Positions 35,736-45,758 of a stretch of DNA of 64,000 nucleotides are shown one piece after another; position 1 is the stretch's first letter; every line of letters starts with the position of its first letter. A model generated the notes under the pieces. The model did no database searches. It was given only the letters and a program-made list of their open reading frames with translations, and was not told where the DNA came from. The translations under genes and the position numbers were made by a program. The stretch is from Shigella phage Tf. The stretch is from the sequence record OR980947; one strand, 5' to 3'.

Positions 35736-37970
35736 ATGATTAAGACAATTAAAAAATCAAACGGTACAGTAGTAAACTTTGACCCAGAAAGACTGAATAA
35801 GTGGGCATCATGGGCAGATAAGCGTGGTATTATCTGGTCAGAAGTCACTATGGAAGCCATGAAACGTGTCTATGAAGGTTGCACTACAAAAGAGATGCAC
35901 CAAGCCATGATTGATGTTTGTGTTGATAAACAAACTCAAGAGTACTCAGATATGGCTGGACGGCTACTTCTGGGGATTATCTACAAAGAAGCCTTTGGAG
36001 GCTTTACTAAGGTTCCTACACTGGTTACCTTCGTTAAAAATATGGAGAGAGCAGGACTTTGGGAGAAGATGGACTATTCACAAGAAGAGCTTGAATATCT
36101 GCAAGGTTACATCGTACACTCAAAAGATATCTCTTACGGTTATGCAGTCTTGAAACAGTTCAGAGACAAGTACGGTATCCGTGATATTAAAACTGGAAGA
36201 CTTTTTGAGTCACCACAGTTTATGTTTATGGGTATGGCTATGAAAGCCTTTGAGAAGCAACCAAAGCACCGTAGACTGCAAGATGTTATCAAGCTGTACA
36301 CTTACCTATCTGACCTAAAGATTAACGCCCCTACACCTTATTTAAACGGTTTAAGAGCTACTAAATCAGGTTATGCGTCATGTTGTTTGATTAAGGCAAA
36401 TGATACTGCTGAATCACTCGGTATTGCTGCAAAGGTTGCTTATGATATGACTACAAAGCAAGCTGGTATCGGTATGCTGATGGAGACTCGTACTATTGGT
36501 GATGGTATCCGTCAAAACACCATTGAGCACATGGGTAAACTACCTTATTATAAGCTTGTACGTTCATCTGTAGAGGCAAATAAACAGAAGAGTCGTGGTG
36601 GCTCAGCTAATAACTTCTACACTGCTCTAGACCCGCAGATTGAAGATTTACTGCGTTTGAAGCACCCTACAACGGTCCCTTCTAAACGTATTAATGAGAT
36701 GGACTACTCATTCGGTACAAACGATTATTTCTGGCAGTGTGTTCAATATGATACAGACTGGTTGCTATTCTCTTACAAGGATGCACCAAAACTCTATGAC
36801 ATGTTCTACACAGCATCTGCTGATGAGTTTGCTATGGCAGTTGGTCACGCAGTACATTCAGGTGTTAAGCACAGAAGAGTAAAGGCTCGTGAAATTGCTA
36901 AACTATTTATTCAACAGCGTTATGCAACAGGTCGTGTGTATCCATTCTTCACGAATAATGCGAACACACATACACCATTTAAAGAACCATTGAAGATGTC
37001 AAATCTTTGTATGGAGATTGTGTTGCCAGTATATGGCTTTGAGAAGGAGACAGACCTTTACAGAGATGATGCTGTGAAAGAGGATGGTGAGGTAGCTCTT
37101 TGCTTCCTAGCTAGTTTGGTTGCAGGGAGAATTTCAGAAGATGAATACGCTGACGTTGCTTATTATGCTCTTGCAATGGTTGACTCCGTTATTGACCTTA
37201 TGGATTATCCGTATCCGTCGATGCGTAACCATGTTCAGAAGCGTCGTTCTGTTGGGATTGGCCTTACAAATGTGGCTCATTACCTTGCGAAGAACTACGT
37301 GAACTACTCTTCAAGAGCAGGTAAGACGAAGCTTCATGAGCTTGCTGAAATGCACTCTTACTACTTACACGAAGCTTCTTTAAGACTTGCTAAAGAACGT
37401 GGTGTGCCTGAGTATATGCAGTTCACTAAGTATCCTGAAGGTTGGGTTCCTCCAAAGACAGCTAACAAGAAGATTGATGAAAAGCATGATGCAAAACTAC
37501 GATATGATTGGGATGACTTAGCACAACGTATCAAAGAAAATGGTGGAATCCGAAACTCTGTATTAGAAGCTTACATGCCTAATGAGAGTTCTTCACTAGC
37601 AACTAATACGACAAATGGCTTGTACCCAATTCGTGACTTTATTTTAACTAAAAAGTCTGCAACTGGTAACGTACTGTTTATTGTTCCAGATTATGAAGAG
37701 TTGAAGTATGTCTATGAAATTGCTTGGGATATCGACACCTTTGACCTAATTGATTGTTATGCAATTGTTCAAAAGTTCACTGGTCAAGCTATCTCTTCAG
37801 ATTTCTATGTTGACTATGCAAAGTCTAAGAAGGTATCATTGGCTCAAGCTCTGAAGTACATGATTTATGCCAACTCGGTAGGTATGAAAACCATGTACTA
37901 CCTTAACAGTCGCATTGGTGTAGGTAAATCTGCACTGCAAGATGCTTATTGCGAGGGTTGTGGTGTTTAG
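35736..37970 (+). CDS. nrdA: ribonucleotide reductase class Ia large subunit
   Basis: 744 aa; active-site region SNLCMEIV; followed by nrdB and a glutaredoxin. Confidence 0.85.
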   Translation: MIKTIKKSNGTVVNFDPERLNKWASWADKRGIIWSEVTMEAMKRVYEGCTTKEMHQAMIDVCVDKQTQEYSDMAGRLLLGIIYKEAFGGFTKVPTLVTFVKNMERAGLWEKMDYSQEELEYLQGYIVHSKDISYGYAVLKQFRDKYGIRDIKTGRLFESPQFMFMGMAMKAFEKQPKHRRLQDVIKLYTYLSDLKINAPTPYLNGLRATKSGYASCCLIKANDTAESLGIAAKVAYDMTTKQAGIGMLMETRTIGDGIRQNTIEHMGKLPYYKLVRSSVEANKQKSRGGSANNFYTALDPQIEDLLRLKHPTTVPSKRINEMDYSFGTNDYFWQCVQYDTDWLLFSYKDAPKLYDMFYTASADEFAMAVGHAVHSGVKHRRVKAREIAKLFIQQRYATGRVYPFFTNNANTHTPFKEPLKMSNLCMEIVLPVYGFEKETDLYRDDAVKEDGEVALCFLASLVAGRISEDEYADVAYYALAMVDSVIDLMDYPYPSMRNHVQKRRSVGIGLTNVAHYLAKNYVNYSSRAGKTKLHELAEMHSYYLHEASLRLAKERGVPEYMQFTKYPEGWVPPKTANKKIDEKHDAKLRYDWDDLAQRIKENGGIRNSVLEAYMPNESSSLATNTTNGLYPIRDFILTKKSATGNVLFIVPDYEELKYVYEIAWDIDTFDLIDCYAIVQKFTGQAISSDFYVDYAKSKKVSLAQALKYMIYANSVGMKTMYYLNSRIGVGKSALQDAYCEGCGV

Positions 37971-38283
37971 TTTTAACAACTATGAGGGTCGTAAAAGACC
38001 CTCTAAAAATAACTTTGGAGAGACCATGAAAGATTTAATAGAAAAACATGAGCGGCCTATATACTTGCTCCACAAGCCTCGGAAAACGATGTACTATGTG
38101 GGTAGCACAGATATGATGATAAAACAAAATGATGACTCATGGGTTGCTGGTATCTCTTACATCTCTACAGCAGATGGTAAAATCTACGCAAGACCTTATG
38201 AGATGTTTAACAAAGAAAATTGGGAAGTTCTAGACCGAAAACAAGCCTTAGAAATGATAAAGAAAGGAGAAATCACACTATGA
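37942..38283 (+). CDS. hypothetical protein
   Basis: 113 aa ORF between nrdA and nrdB. Confidence 0.3.
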   Translation: MLIARVVVFSFNNYEGRKRPSKNNFGETMKDLIEKHERPIYLLHKPRKTMYYVGSTDMMIKQNDDSWVAGISYISTADGKIYARPYEMFNKENWEVLDRKQALEMIKKGEITL

Positions 38284-39353
38284 TTAACCAGCACCCAATC
38301 TTTTTAGGTGGTGAGAGAAAAACTTTTGACTCACTTAATAAACACTACCCAAAAATCTTTGAACTTTATAAACAACAAAAAGCACAAGACTGGTCAGAAG
38401 ATGAGTTCCCTTTTGAACAATCACGTCTTGATTTTGAGAGTGTCCCAGCATCAATGTCAGGTGTAATGCTTGAGATTCTTAAGTGGCAATGGGAAGCAGA
38501 CACCCAAGTTGCTAAGAGCTTGGCATTTGCCTTTGCACCATTTATCTCTGATGACATCTATGCAACTGCAATTATGAAGCAGTCTGAGATTGAAAACCTA
38601 CATGCTCTTACTTACTCAGAGATTGTAAGGCAATGTATTAAAAACCCTGAAACAATCTTAGATGAGATTAACCAGAATGTTGCTGTACAAGACCGATTAA
38701 AAACTGTGAATCGTGTTCTTGAAGAATTACTGGATGAAGGTATAAACTATCGTCTGAGTTATGTGCGTGATTCACTTCTGGACAAAGACCCTTTACACTT
38801 CCATAAAGTGATTCTGAAAGGGCTGTTTGCAGTGACTGCACTTGAAGGTATATCTTTTATGGCATCCTTTGCATGTACTTTTGCACTTGATGCTCAAGAT
38901 AAATTTCAGGGTATTGCTCAAGCTGTTCAGAAAATTATGCTTGATGAAATCCTTCACACTAAAATTGATATTGAAGTTTTAAAAGAAACTTTAAGAGACG
39001 ATGAGTGGCAAAAAGCTTTCCAACAAATTCTTCCAGAGATTAAAGTAATCTTAGATGAAGAAGTTGAAAGCGAAGAAAAATGGTCGTATTATATCTTCTC
39101 CGAAGGACGTGCTGTAGTTGGTTTAAATACAAAGCTTCTTCATGAGTGGGTTTACTATAATGCTGCCCCACTGTATGATATGTTTGGCATTCCCAGAGAT
39201 TTTGTAGCTCCTAAAGAACCACCTTTGAAGTACATGATTAAGAAGATGGAAATTGATAAAGAGCAGAATGCTAATCAGGAGCAACAGAACGGTGCGTATT
39301 TATTGAATACTGTTGTAGATGATTTGAATAGTGGATTTTTAGAGGTTCCTTAA
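38280..39353 (+). CDS. nrdB: ribonucleotide reductase class Ia small subunit
   Basis: 357 aa from ATG at 38280 with aaaggaga RBS; ferritin-like helices; synteny with nrdA. Confidence 0.8.
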   Translation: MINQHPIFLGGERKTFDSLNKHYPKIFELYKQQKAQDWSEDEFPFEQSRLDFESVPASMSGVMLEILKWQWEADTQVAKSLAFAFAPFISDDIYATAIMKQSEIENLHALTYSEIVRQCIKNPETILDEINQNVAVQDRLKTVNRVLEELLDEGINYRLSYVRDSLLDKDPLHFHKVILKGLFAVTALEGISFMASFACTFALDAQDKFQGIAQAVQKIMLDEILHTKIDIEVLKETLRDDEWQKAFQQILPEIKVILDEEVESEEKWSYYIFSEGRAVVGLNTKLLHEWVYYNAAPLYDMFGIPRDFVAPKEPPLKYMIKKMEIDKEQNANQEQQNGAYLLNTVVDDLNSGFLEVP

Positions 39354-39595
39354 TGACTTATGTAATTTACTCCAAAACTGGATGCCCTCAGTGTGAGACT
39401 GCAAAGAATTTTGCGAAAGCTCGTGGTATTGACCATGTTGTGAGAATGTTAGGGCAGGATTATGAACTGTCAGACCTGATGGACATTGCACAGATGCCAG
39501 TTCGTCAGATGCCATTCATCATGAAAACTGACGGTCAAAACTTAAAACCTGTTGGTACGCTACAGAATTTTATGGCAGAGGTGAATAATGCTTAA
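39353..39595 (+). CDS. glutaredoxin-like protein (NrdH-like)
   Basis: Thioredoxin-fold CPQC active site at N-terminus; start overlaps nrdB stop. Confidence 0.6.
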   Translation: MTYVIYSKTGCPQCETAKNFAKARGIDHVVRMLGQDYELSDLMDIAQMPVRQMPFIMKTDGQNLKPVGTLQNFMAEVNNA

Positions 39596-39794
39596 ACGCA
39601 TTTGGGAAGGTTTGGTTGTTGATGCACCAGCTATTGTGATTGGTATGCTTATTGTTAACCTGTTTACTGACTTTGAACAAGGTTCATTGTTTGGAGCTAT
39701 GTTACTATGGGTTATCTTTGAAATATTAGAGATACAGTTAGGCATCACTGAAAAACTAAGAGAACTCTTTTCGAAGTTTTCTAAAAAGATTTAA
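39588..39794 (+). CDS. small membrane protein
   Basis: 68 aa, two hydrophobic segments; terminator follows. Confidence 0.3.
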   Translation: MLKRIWEGLVVDAPAIVIGMLIVNLFTDFEQGSLFGAMLLWVIFEILEIQLGITEKLRELFSKFSKKI

Positions 39795-39799
39795 AATGA

Positions 39800-39824
39800 A
39801 AGGGTCTCTTCAGAGACCTTTTTA
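39800..39824 (+). terminator. rho-independent terminator
   Basis: aagggtctct tc agagacctt followed by ttt. Confidence 0.55.
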
Positions 39825-39842
39825 GCATGTAAAGGGGCAATA

Positions 39843-41039
39843 ATGAACAAAGTACAGATTATTAAAAAGAATGGCTCACTTGAAGAACCTGATATCAAAA
39901 AAGTTTTAGCGGCAGTAACAAAGTCAGCTAACAGGGTTGGATATAAAGAACTGCCACCAGATGTTACCCAAGCTCTTGAGTCAGCATTTATGAGGATTCT
40001 GGTAAAATCCACTAAGCAGAATAACTTACTCGTTTCAGTAAATGATATTCACAGTATTGTTGAGGGTGCTTTGGCAGAAGTCAATCACGAGATTTATGAG
40101 TCTTACTCAACATATAGAAATTATCGTAAAGAGGTTGCTCAAAATTGGGATGAGCTTTACCAAAAGACTAGAGACACACTCTTCTTAGGTGACCGTGAAA
40201 ATGCTAACTTTGACAGCAGTTTAATTTCTACAAAAGGTTCAATTATTCGTGGTTACCTGACTAAAGAAATCTTTAAACAGTACCATTTAACACCAGAGGA
40301 ACTTGAAGCCATTGAAAAAGGGTTTATCTACATCCATGACTTAAGAGACCTGATTTTTGGTGGTATCAACTGTTGCCTGTTTGACATTGGTAAAGTGCTG
40401 AAGGGTGGCTTTGAAATGTCTGGCATCGAATACTGTGAACCAAAGTCTGTGCTGTCGGCCTTGCAGGTTATTGGTGACGTAGTTCTTTCAGCAACTGCAC
40501 AGCAATTTGGTGGCTTTACTTTAGCAGAGATTGATAAGGTACTTGTACCGTATGCTAAGAAGTCTCTACGCTATCATGCTGAGAAAGCAGCATCTTATGG
40601 TATTCCTAAAGAACATTACCACAATTATGTCATGGAGCAGTTACAGATTGAACTAACTCAAGGTTTCCAGTCACTTGAAATGAAACTAAATACTGTACCT
40701 TGTAGCCGTGGGGATTTTGCATTTACAACTTTGACATTCGGGTTACTTGATTCAGATATGTCTAATGAAGATAACCGACTGCAATACATGATTGCAAGTA
40801 CTCTCCTAGATGTTCGTATGAATGGACAAGGCAAGAGTAAAAAACCTGTTGTATTCCCTAAACTGGTTTATATTTATGACCAGAAGAGACATGATGAGAA
40901 TATCTGTCAAGGTCACCTGTACAGTAAAGCTATTGAGTGTTGCTCTAAAGCAATGTACCCAGATTTCTTAAGTGTGTCTGGTCATGGTGCTGTAGCAGAG
41001 GCTTTTGAGCGTTCTGGTAAGGTAATTTCACCGATGGGT
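39843..41039 (+). CDS. nrdD: anaerobic ribonucleoside-triphosphate reductase, exon 1
   Basis: NrdD-like sequence YIHDLRDLIFGGINCCLFD; exon ends ...ISPMG, stop follows within intron. Confidence 0.8.
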
Positions 41040-41781
41040 TAACAAGCTCTATAGCTCATCTAAAACGTGCCTAAACAGGGAAACTCTACAGATGTAGACA
41101 ATCCTGTGCTAAATGATGTACGATGTAAGAAACTATACAACATAGGAGTATTACATGCCAAATTATCATGTTACTGAGGACGGAAGGGTCTTTAGGAAAA
41201 ATGGTGTAGAACTTACGCAGTGGAAATCCAACACTGGTTATATGAAAGTAAGGTTTTATGGAAGGAAGAATCGTGACATGTATGTCCATAGGTTAGTTGC
41301 TGAAAAGTATGTACCTAACCCTAACAATCTTCCAATTGTAAAACACAAAGATGATAACAAACTGAACAACCATGCTTCTAACTTAGAATGGGGAACTCAT
41401 TCTGAGAATGTTAAAGAAGGCTATGAGAATGGTTGCTACAAGTTTTGTAAGCGTTCATATGCTGTGAAGGCTACACATAAAGTGACAAAAGAAGTTATTG
41501 TTGCTAAGTCAATACGAGAGTTATCCAATATACTCGGATATAATCGCAAGACTATCTCTTCAATATTGAAGGGTGTAAAAGAACATAATAACTTTGAACA
41601 TGAATTTGAATACATCTAAATGCCGAACGACTAACCGTGATGAATGTAGCGGTGTAGGGTCAAGCGACTCGAAATGGTACGCTACTTAGAAATAAGTAGA
41701 AGATATAGTCTGGACTTACTGGCGACAGTAAGCAGCTTGAATAAAGCGGGGTAAGCTTAGCGAACTTACCTGAACAACAAG
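41040..41781 (+). mobile_element. group I intron in nrdD carrying an HNH homing endonuclease ORF
   Basis: P4 pairing cagggaaa / caatcctgtg upstream of the ORF; R-like cgaacgactaac and S-like agatatagtct downstream; 5' splice after U, 3' terminal G; joined exons read ISPMG-CRAFLSPYHNEYGEEFYVGRANIGAASLNLP. Confidence 0.7.
41155..41619 (+). CDS. HNH homing endonuclease (intron-encoded)
   Basis: HNH motif HKDDNKLNNHASNLEWGTHSENV; taggag RBS; located in intron loop. Confidence 0.75.
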   Translation: MPNYHVTEDGRVFRKNGVELTQWKSNTGYMKVRFYGRKNRDMYVHRLVAEKYVPNPNNLPIVKHKDDNKLNNHASNLEWGTHSENVKEGYENGCYKFCKRSYAVKATHKVTKEVIVAKSIRELSNILGYNRKTISSILKGVKEHNNFEHEFEYI

Positions 41782-42729
41782 TGTAGAGCATTTTTATCAC
41801 CATACCATAACGAATATGGAGAAGAGTTTTACGTTGGTCGTGCTAATATTGGTGCTGCATCTTTGAACTTACCAATGATTTACCAGTATTCTAAAGAGAA
41901 TGGTTTAGATTTCTGGAAAGAGCTTGATAAGTACCTAGAAATGATTCGCAGCTTCCATAAGAAACGTTACGAAATGATTGCCAATATGCCAGCAAGTTCT
42001 AACCCTCTTGCATTCACACAAGGTGGTCTGTATAAAGGGACTAAGAAGCCTACTGACAAGGTTGGTTGGGATATTGTGAAATCCTTCACAGCTTCTTTTG
42101 GGGTTACTGCTCTTGATGAGTTATCTGTTCTTGCTGAAGGTAAACGACTTCATGAAGTTGGAAGTTCTAGTTTTGCATACGATGTTCTGGCATACATTAA
42201 CATGAAAACTGAAGAGTTTAAGAATGAAGATGGCTTCCTGTATGCAGTATATGGCACTCCAGCAGAGTCATTGTGTGGAACTCAGCTAAAACAGTTCAGA
42301 GATATGTTTGGTGTTATTAAAGGCGTTTCTGACAAGGAATACTTTACAAACAGCTTCCATATGAATGTTGCAGCAAACATCTCACCATTTGAGAAGCAGG
42401 ACTTAGAAGAGCCATTCTTCCATATCTGTAGAGGTGGCAGAATCCAGTATGTAAGGGTAGCTAACCCAGAAAACTTACCAGCACTTAAGAGTTGTATTAC
42501 CAGAGGGATGTTGAAGGGTTTTTATCAGGGACTTAACTTTGACTTAGCAATCTGTGAGCATTGTGGTAACAGACCAAAGGCTGATGTTGAAGAGTGTGAG
42601 GTTTGCCATTCACATGATATCTCTGTGATTAACAGGGTGTGTGGGTACTTGTCATTCACAAAAATTAAAGGTCAGTCTCGAATGAATGACGCTAAGATGG
42701 CAGAAATTAAGGATAGAGTCTCTATGTAA
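41782..42729 (+). CDS. nrdD: anaerobic ribonucleoside-triphosphate reductase, exon 2
   Basis: Zinc site CEHCGN...CEVCHSHD and glycyl-radical motif RVCGYLSF at C-terminus. Confidence 0.8.
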   Translation, partial: CRAFLSPYHNEYGEEFYVGRANIGAASLNLPMIYQYSKENGLDFWKELDKYLEMIRSFHKKRYEMIANMPASSNPLAFTQGGLYKGTKKPTDKVGWDIVKSFTASFGVTALDELSVLAEGKRLHEVGSSSFAYDVLAYINMKTEEFKNEDGFLYAVYGTPAESLCGTQLKQFRDMFGVIKGVSDKEYFTNSFHMNVAANISPFEKQDLEEPFFHICRGGRIQYVRVANPENLPALKSCITRGMLKGFYQGLNFDLAICEHCGNRPKADVEECEVCHSHDISVINRVCGYLSFTKIKGQSRMNDAKMAEIKDRVSM

Positions 42730-42738
42730 AACTTGACA

Positions 42739-42778
42739 AGGTGATGTGGGTCTTGATAGGCTTACATCACCTTTTTTA
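42739..42778 (+). terminator. rho-independent terminator
   Basis: aggtgatgt ... acatcacct followed by tttttt. Confidence 0.55.
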
Positions 42779-42883
42779 TTGGATGTTAGACATGGCAGAG
42801 AGTATTATTGGGTTGTTCATAGGTTCTGTCTTACTAGGGTTCTTTTTAGGACTCTCTTATTGTGAGTTGAGAGATAAGTTAAA

Positions 42884-43084
42884 ATGTTTAAAATACCAAA
42901 AACGTTGATATACATACTCCATATTCTAATCTTCTTCTTTGGGGTTAGTGTTATGGTATGGGGTTTTTCAGACCCACAATGGGGTTTCTCATATCATGGT
43001 CAGATGGATTTATGGTCATGCTTCAAACCATTTTTAGGGTTAGCCATAGCATTCAGTACATTACCAACTAAGGTGAAATTATGA
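42884..43084 (+). CDS. small membrane protein
   Basis: 66 aa hydrophobic ORF. Confidence 0.3.
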   Translation: MFKIPKTLIYILHILIFFFGVSVMVWGFSDPQWGFSYHGQMDLWSCFKPFLGLAIAFSTLPTKVKL

Positions 43085-43296
43085 TTAAGTTGAACCAAAA
43101 ACAGTTAGAGTGGATTAAAGATAACGCTTCAGAGTACGGCTCTTGTGAAAAGAATCATGTAAGATACTCAACATTCCGCACGACATTTACATTGTACATC
43201 AGTGACAACGTTCTAAGTAAATCCATAGAAGATGGTGCAGCGTTGCCTAATGAGTTGCTTGACAAATTAGTTGTAGTCACTGGAACTTGGTCTTAA
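43081..43296 (+). CDS. hypothetical protein
   Basis: 71 aa ORF. Confidence 0.3.
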   Translation: MIKLNQKQLEWIKDNASEYGSCEKNHVRYSTFRTTFTLYISDNVLSKSIEDGAALPNELLDKLVVVTGTWS

Positions 43297-43535
43297 GAAG
43301 ACGGTCACGAACTATCTAACGATGTTGTCTTCTACAGTATTGATAACATTATGAATCCAGAGTACATTATGCTAATGACTTGTGCACAAGACTGTGTTCC
43401 ATTACAAAACTTCATTAAAGAGCACTGTGAAGAGTTTATTACTAAACAGGTTCCTTGTCAGGTAGTGTTTGAATGAGTAAAACAATTCGAAGAAAAGGTT
43501 TAAAGAACATTTATATTTATTGGTGAGGTAACTAG

Positions 43536-44021
43536 ATGAATTACATGGAGATTAGACCATTTGACACGGCTAATGGTGAAGGGGTTCGTGTAAGCCTCTT
43601 CGTAGCTGGCTGTAAACATCACTGTGAAGGCTGCTTTAACAGGGAGTCTTGGAAGTTTAATGCTGGTAAAGAGTTTACTTATGCAAACCTCTACGGCATC
43701 ATTAAATTAATGGATGATGAAGCCATCAGTGGGTTGTCAATACTTGGTGGAGAGCCTCTTGATGACAGAAACATTCAAGAAGTTACCAATATATGCAAAC
43801 GTATTAAAACCGTTTACCCAGAAAAATCTATCTGGCTCTGGACAGGTTTTCAGTTACACGAAAAAATTCACCTAGATGTTATGAAATATGTTGACGTGGT
43901 GATTGATGGTAAGTATGATTCTTCTAAACCAACAGTTAAACCATATCGTGGTTCTGATAACCAAAACCTCTGGAGAAAAGAGTATGGATGGCAAGGCGAT
44001 TGTCAATGGCGAGCAGAGTAA
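43536..44021 (+). CDS. nrdG: anaerobic ribonucleotide reductase activating protein (radical SAM)
   Basis: Cysteine cluster CKHHCEGCFN near N-terminus; size ~160 aa; follows nrdD. Confidence 0.75.
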   Translation: MNYMEIRPFDTANGEGVRVSLFVAGCKHHCEGCFNRESWKFNAGKEFTYANLYGIIKLMDDEAISGLSILGGEPLDDRNIQEVTNICKRIKTVYPEKSIWLWTGFQLHEKIHLDVMKYVDVVIDGKYDSSKPTVKPYRGSDNQNLWRKEYGWQGDCQWRAE

Positions 44022-44361
44022 ATCTCGTCGTAAAATTGGCTACGGTAAAGGTGAGATAATGATTATCTCTTTTAATAGTGCTTTATTAGGTACTTACAAA
44101 GTTAAGGCCGAGCTACTTGATGAATGGAGAAAGTATACAAACTCCCTTTTCGGTAATGTTGGAATGGAAGCCTTAGCAGAGCTTGAGAAGGCTGGAACAT
44201 TTGAAGTTGTCGGTAAAGGTAACTACACAATGTTCTACAAAACAAATTTAAACGTTGGTGACAGTATTGTTGGTGTCACTGAAGAAGAACTTAAAACATT
44301 TTGTGAAAAGATTGAGAGAGATGCGAAATGGGACTCTGGAGCAGTTTTAAATCAAAAGTAA
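43984..44361 (+). CDS. hypothetical protein
   Basis: ATG at 43984 within tracked ORF 43903..44361; overlaps nrdG 3' end. Confidence 0.3.
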   Translation: MDGKAIVNGEQSKSRRKIGYGKGEIMIISFNSALLGTYKVKAELLDEWRKYTNSLFGNVGMEALAELEKAGTFEVVGKGNYTMFYKTNLNVGDSIVGVTEEELKTFCEKIERDAKWDSGAVLNQK

Positions 44362-44585
44362 AAGCAGCACTAGCTTCATTAGGTATGCTCACTGGTGTTG
44401 ATGTGACTCATCTTATGCAGAACTTCAAAATGGATGAGAAGCTGGCTAATGAGATTATGAAAAGTATCTATGTAGGCCGTGGCAAAGGTGGTAAGAAACA
44501 AGCCCACCGTCCGTCTGGTGCAGCAGCTATTAAACGAGCAGCTAAGAAAGCTCGTAACCGTAAACGTAATAAGAAGGCTAAATAA
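44328..44585 (+). CDS. small highly basic protein
   Basis: C-terminus AAIKRAAKKARNRKRNKKAK. Confidence 0.3.
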   Translation: MGLWSSFKSKVKAALASLGMLTGVDVTHLMQNFKMDEKLANEIMKSIYVGRGKGGKKQAHRPSGAAAIKRAAKKARNRKRNKKAK

Positions 44586-44587
44586 TC

Positions 44588-44908
44588 ATGAGCAAAGTTT
44601 ATAACACTCGTAAATTACAGATTTTCGTACTGTGCCAGTTTATGGCTAAAGAGTATAACTACTACTATTGTGGCACAGGGTTCATTAGTGATAATGACGG
44701 CTCATACCTCCCATTCAAAGAAGCTGTAAAACTCTTTAATGAAGAGAAAAGCCCTAAGAAAGATATTGAAAAGGTTAAGCTAACCTACAGCAAGAAAGAT
44801 AAGAAGATTATCTGCCTAGATAACTTTGTAAAAGTTACTGGAGAAGCAAAAGAGTTTATGGATGAGAGTGAAATCTCATTCACAAGCATCTTGAAAGTAG
44901 CTCAGTAA
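44588..44908 (+). CDS. hypothetical protein
   Basis: 106 aa ORF followed by hairpin and T-run. Confidence 0.3.
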   Translation: MSKVYNTRKLQIFVLCQFMAKEYNYYYCGTGFISDNDGSYLPFKEAVKLFNEEKSPKKDIEKVKLTYSKKDKKIICLDNFVKVTGEAKEFMDESEISFTSILKVAQ

Positions 44909-44959
44909 ACAGATACTATAAGGGGACTGTAAAGGTTCCCTTTTTATTTTGGAGATAAT

Positions 44960-45475
44960 ATGTATCTGTCAAATCTAAAACGTTCGGCTGCAATGTCAGT
45001 GTTAAGGCTCAGCTTTGAGGAACGTCAAGAGTTCATTGACTCCCACCAATATGACCCTTCCAACTCCAATCACATGATTCTCTGGAATCGTGAGAGTACT
45101 CGTGAAAGAGCATTATTCCGATATTACCCATACTACACCATAGACAACCTGTATGAGTGTTTTGTTGTGAAGAACACCATTACAGTACTCAATAAACTTT
45201 GCAGATATACAGGTAGTCAATCCTTCACATTAGGCCACCACAAACCTGTTACAAAGGGTGGTGAGCACCACTGTGCAAACTGGTTTATCCAGACTAAACT
45301 TGATAACCAGAAGCAAGGGGATAATCTTCTAAGCACTCCTAAGATGACCTACGAAGAGCAAGAGAAATATATCAAAAATAATATGCCAGATGTGCTTGAC
45401 AACAACTATACAGATTTGGCAATATCTCTCCTGTTGAAGTTCGAGACAGTTTATAGGGCAACTTACAATGGCTAA
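44960..45475 (+). CDS. HNH-motif nuclease family protein
   Basis: HNH-like core GHHKPVTKGGEHHCANWFIQTKLDNQ. Confidence 0.4.
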   Translation: MYLSNLKRSAAMSVLRLSFEERQEFIDSHQYDPSNSNHMILWNRESTRERALFRYYPYYTIDNLYECFVVKNTITVLNKLCRYTGSQSFTLGHHKPVTKGGEHHCANWFIQTKLDNQKQGDNLLSTPKMTYEEQEKYIKNNMPDVLDNNYTDLAISLLLKFETVYRATYNG

Positions 45476-45746
45476 AGAGAAGTGGGAGATTTTACCATTA
45501 GTCAGTGAAGGCGGTAATGGTTGTGAAATGTACATGATACGTGGTCATGTTCCAGAACCAATTGCACTTGAGATGGTAAACAACTTTACAGATGGCTCTT
45601 ACAAAGATTTAGGAGAACCAACTGTCAAGCAACAATGGGTTAAACCTGTACCAGACAGCACAGGTAACTGTAGTGTACTTTATCACGTTGTAGACCCTGC
45701 AAAATGCAAATCTGCAATGGCAGTAACAAACGTAACTTTTGATTGA
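45468..45746 (+). CDS. hypothetical protein
   Basis: 92 aa ORF. Confidence 0.3.
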   Translation: MAKEKWEILPLVSEGGNGCEMYMIRGHVPEPIALEMVNNFTDGSYKDLGEPTVKQQWVKPVPDSTGNCSVLYHVVDPAKCKSAMAVTNVTFD

Positions 45747-45758
45747 GAGAAAAAAACT

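Noticed and set aside
43297-43476. Stop-codon readthrough or a small Cys-rich ORF (43351..43476) in frame with 43081..43296
   Set aside because: There is no RBS before the internal ATG and no readthrough context; translation cannot be supported from sequence alone.
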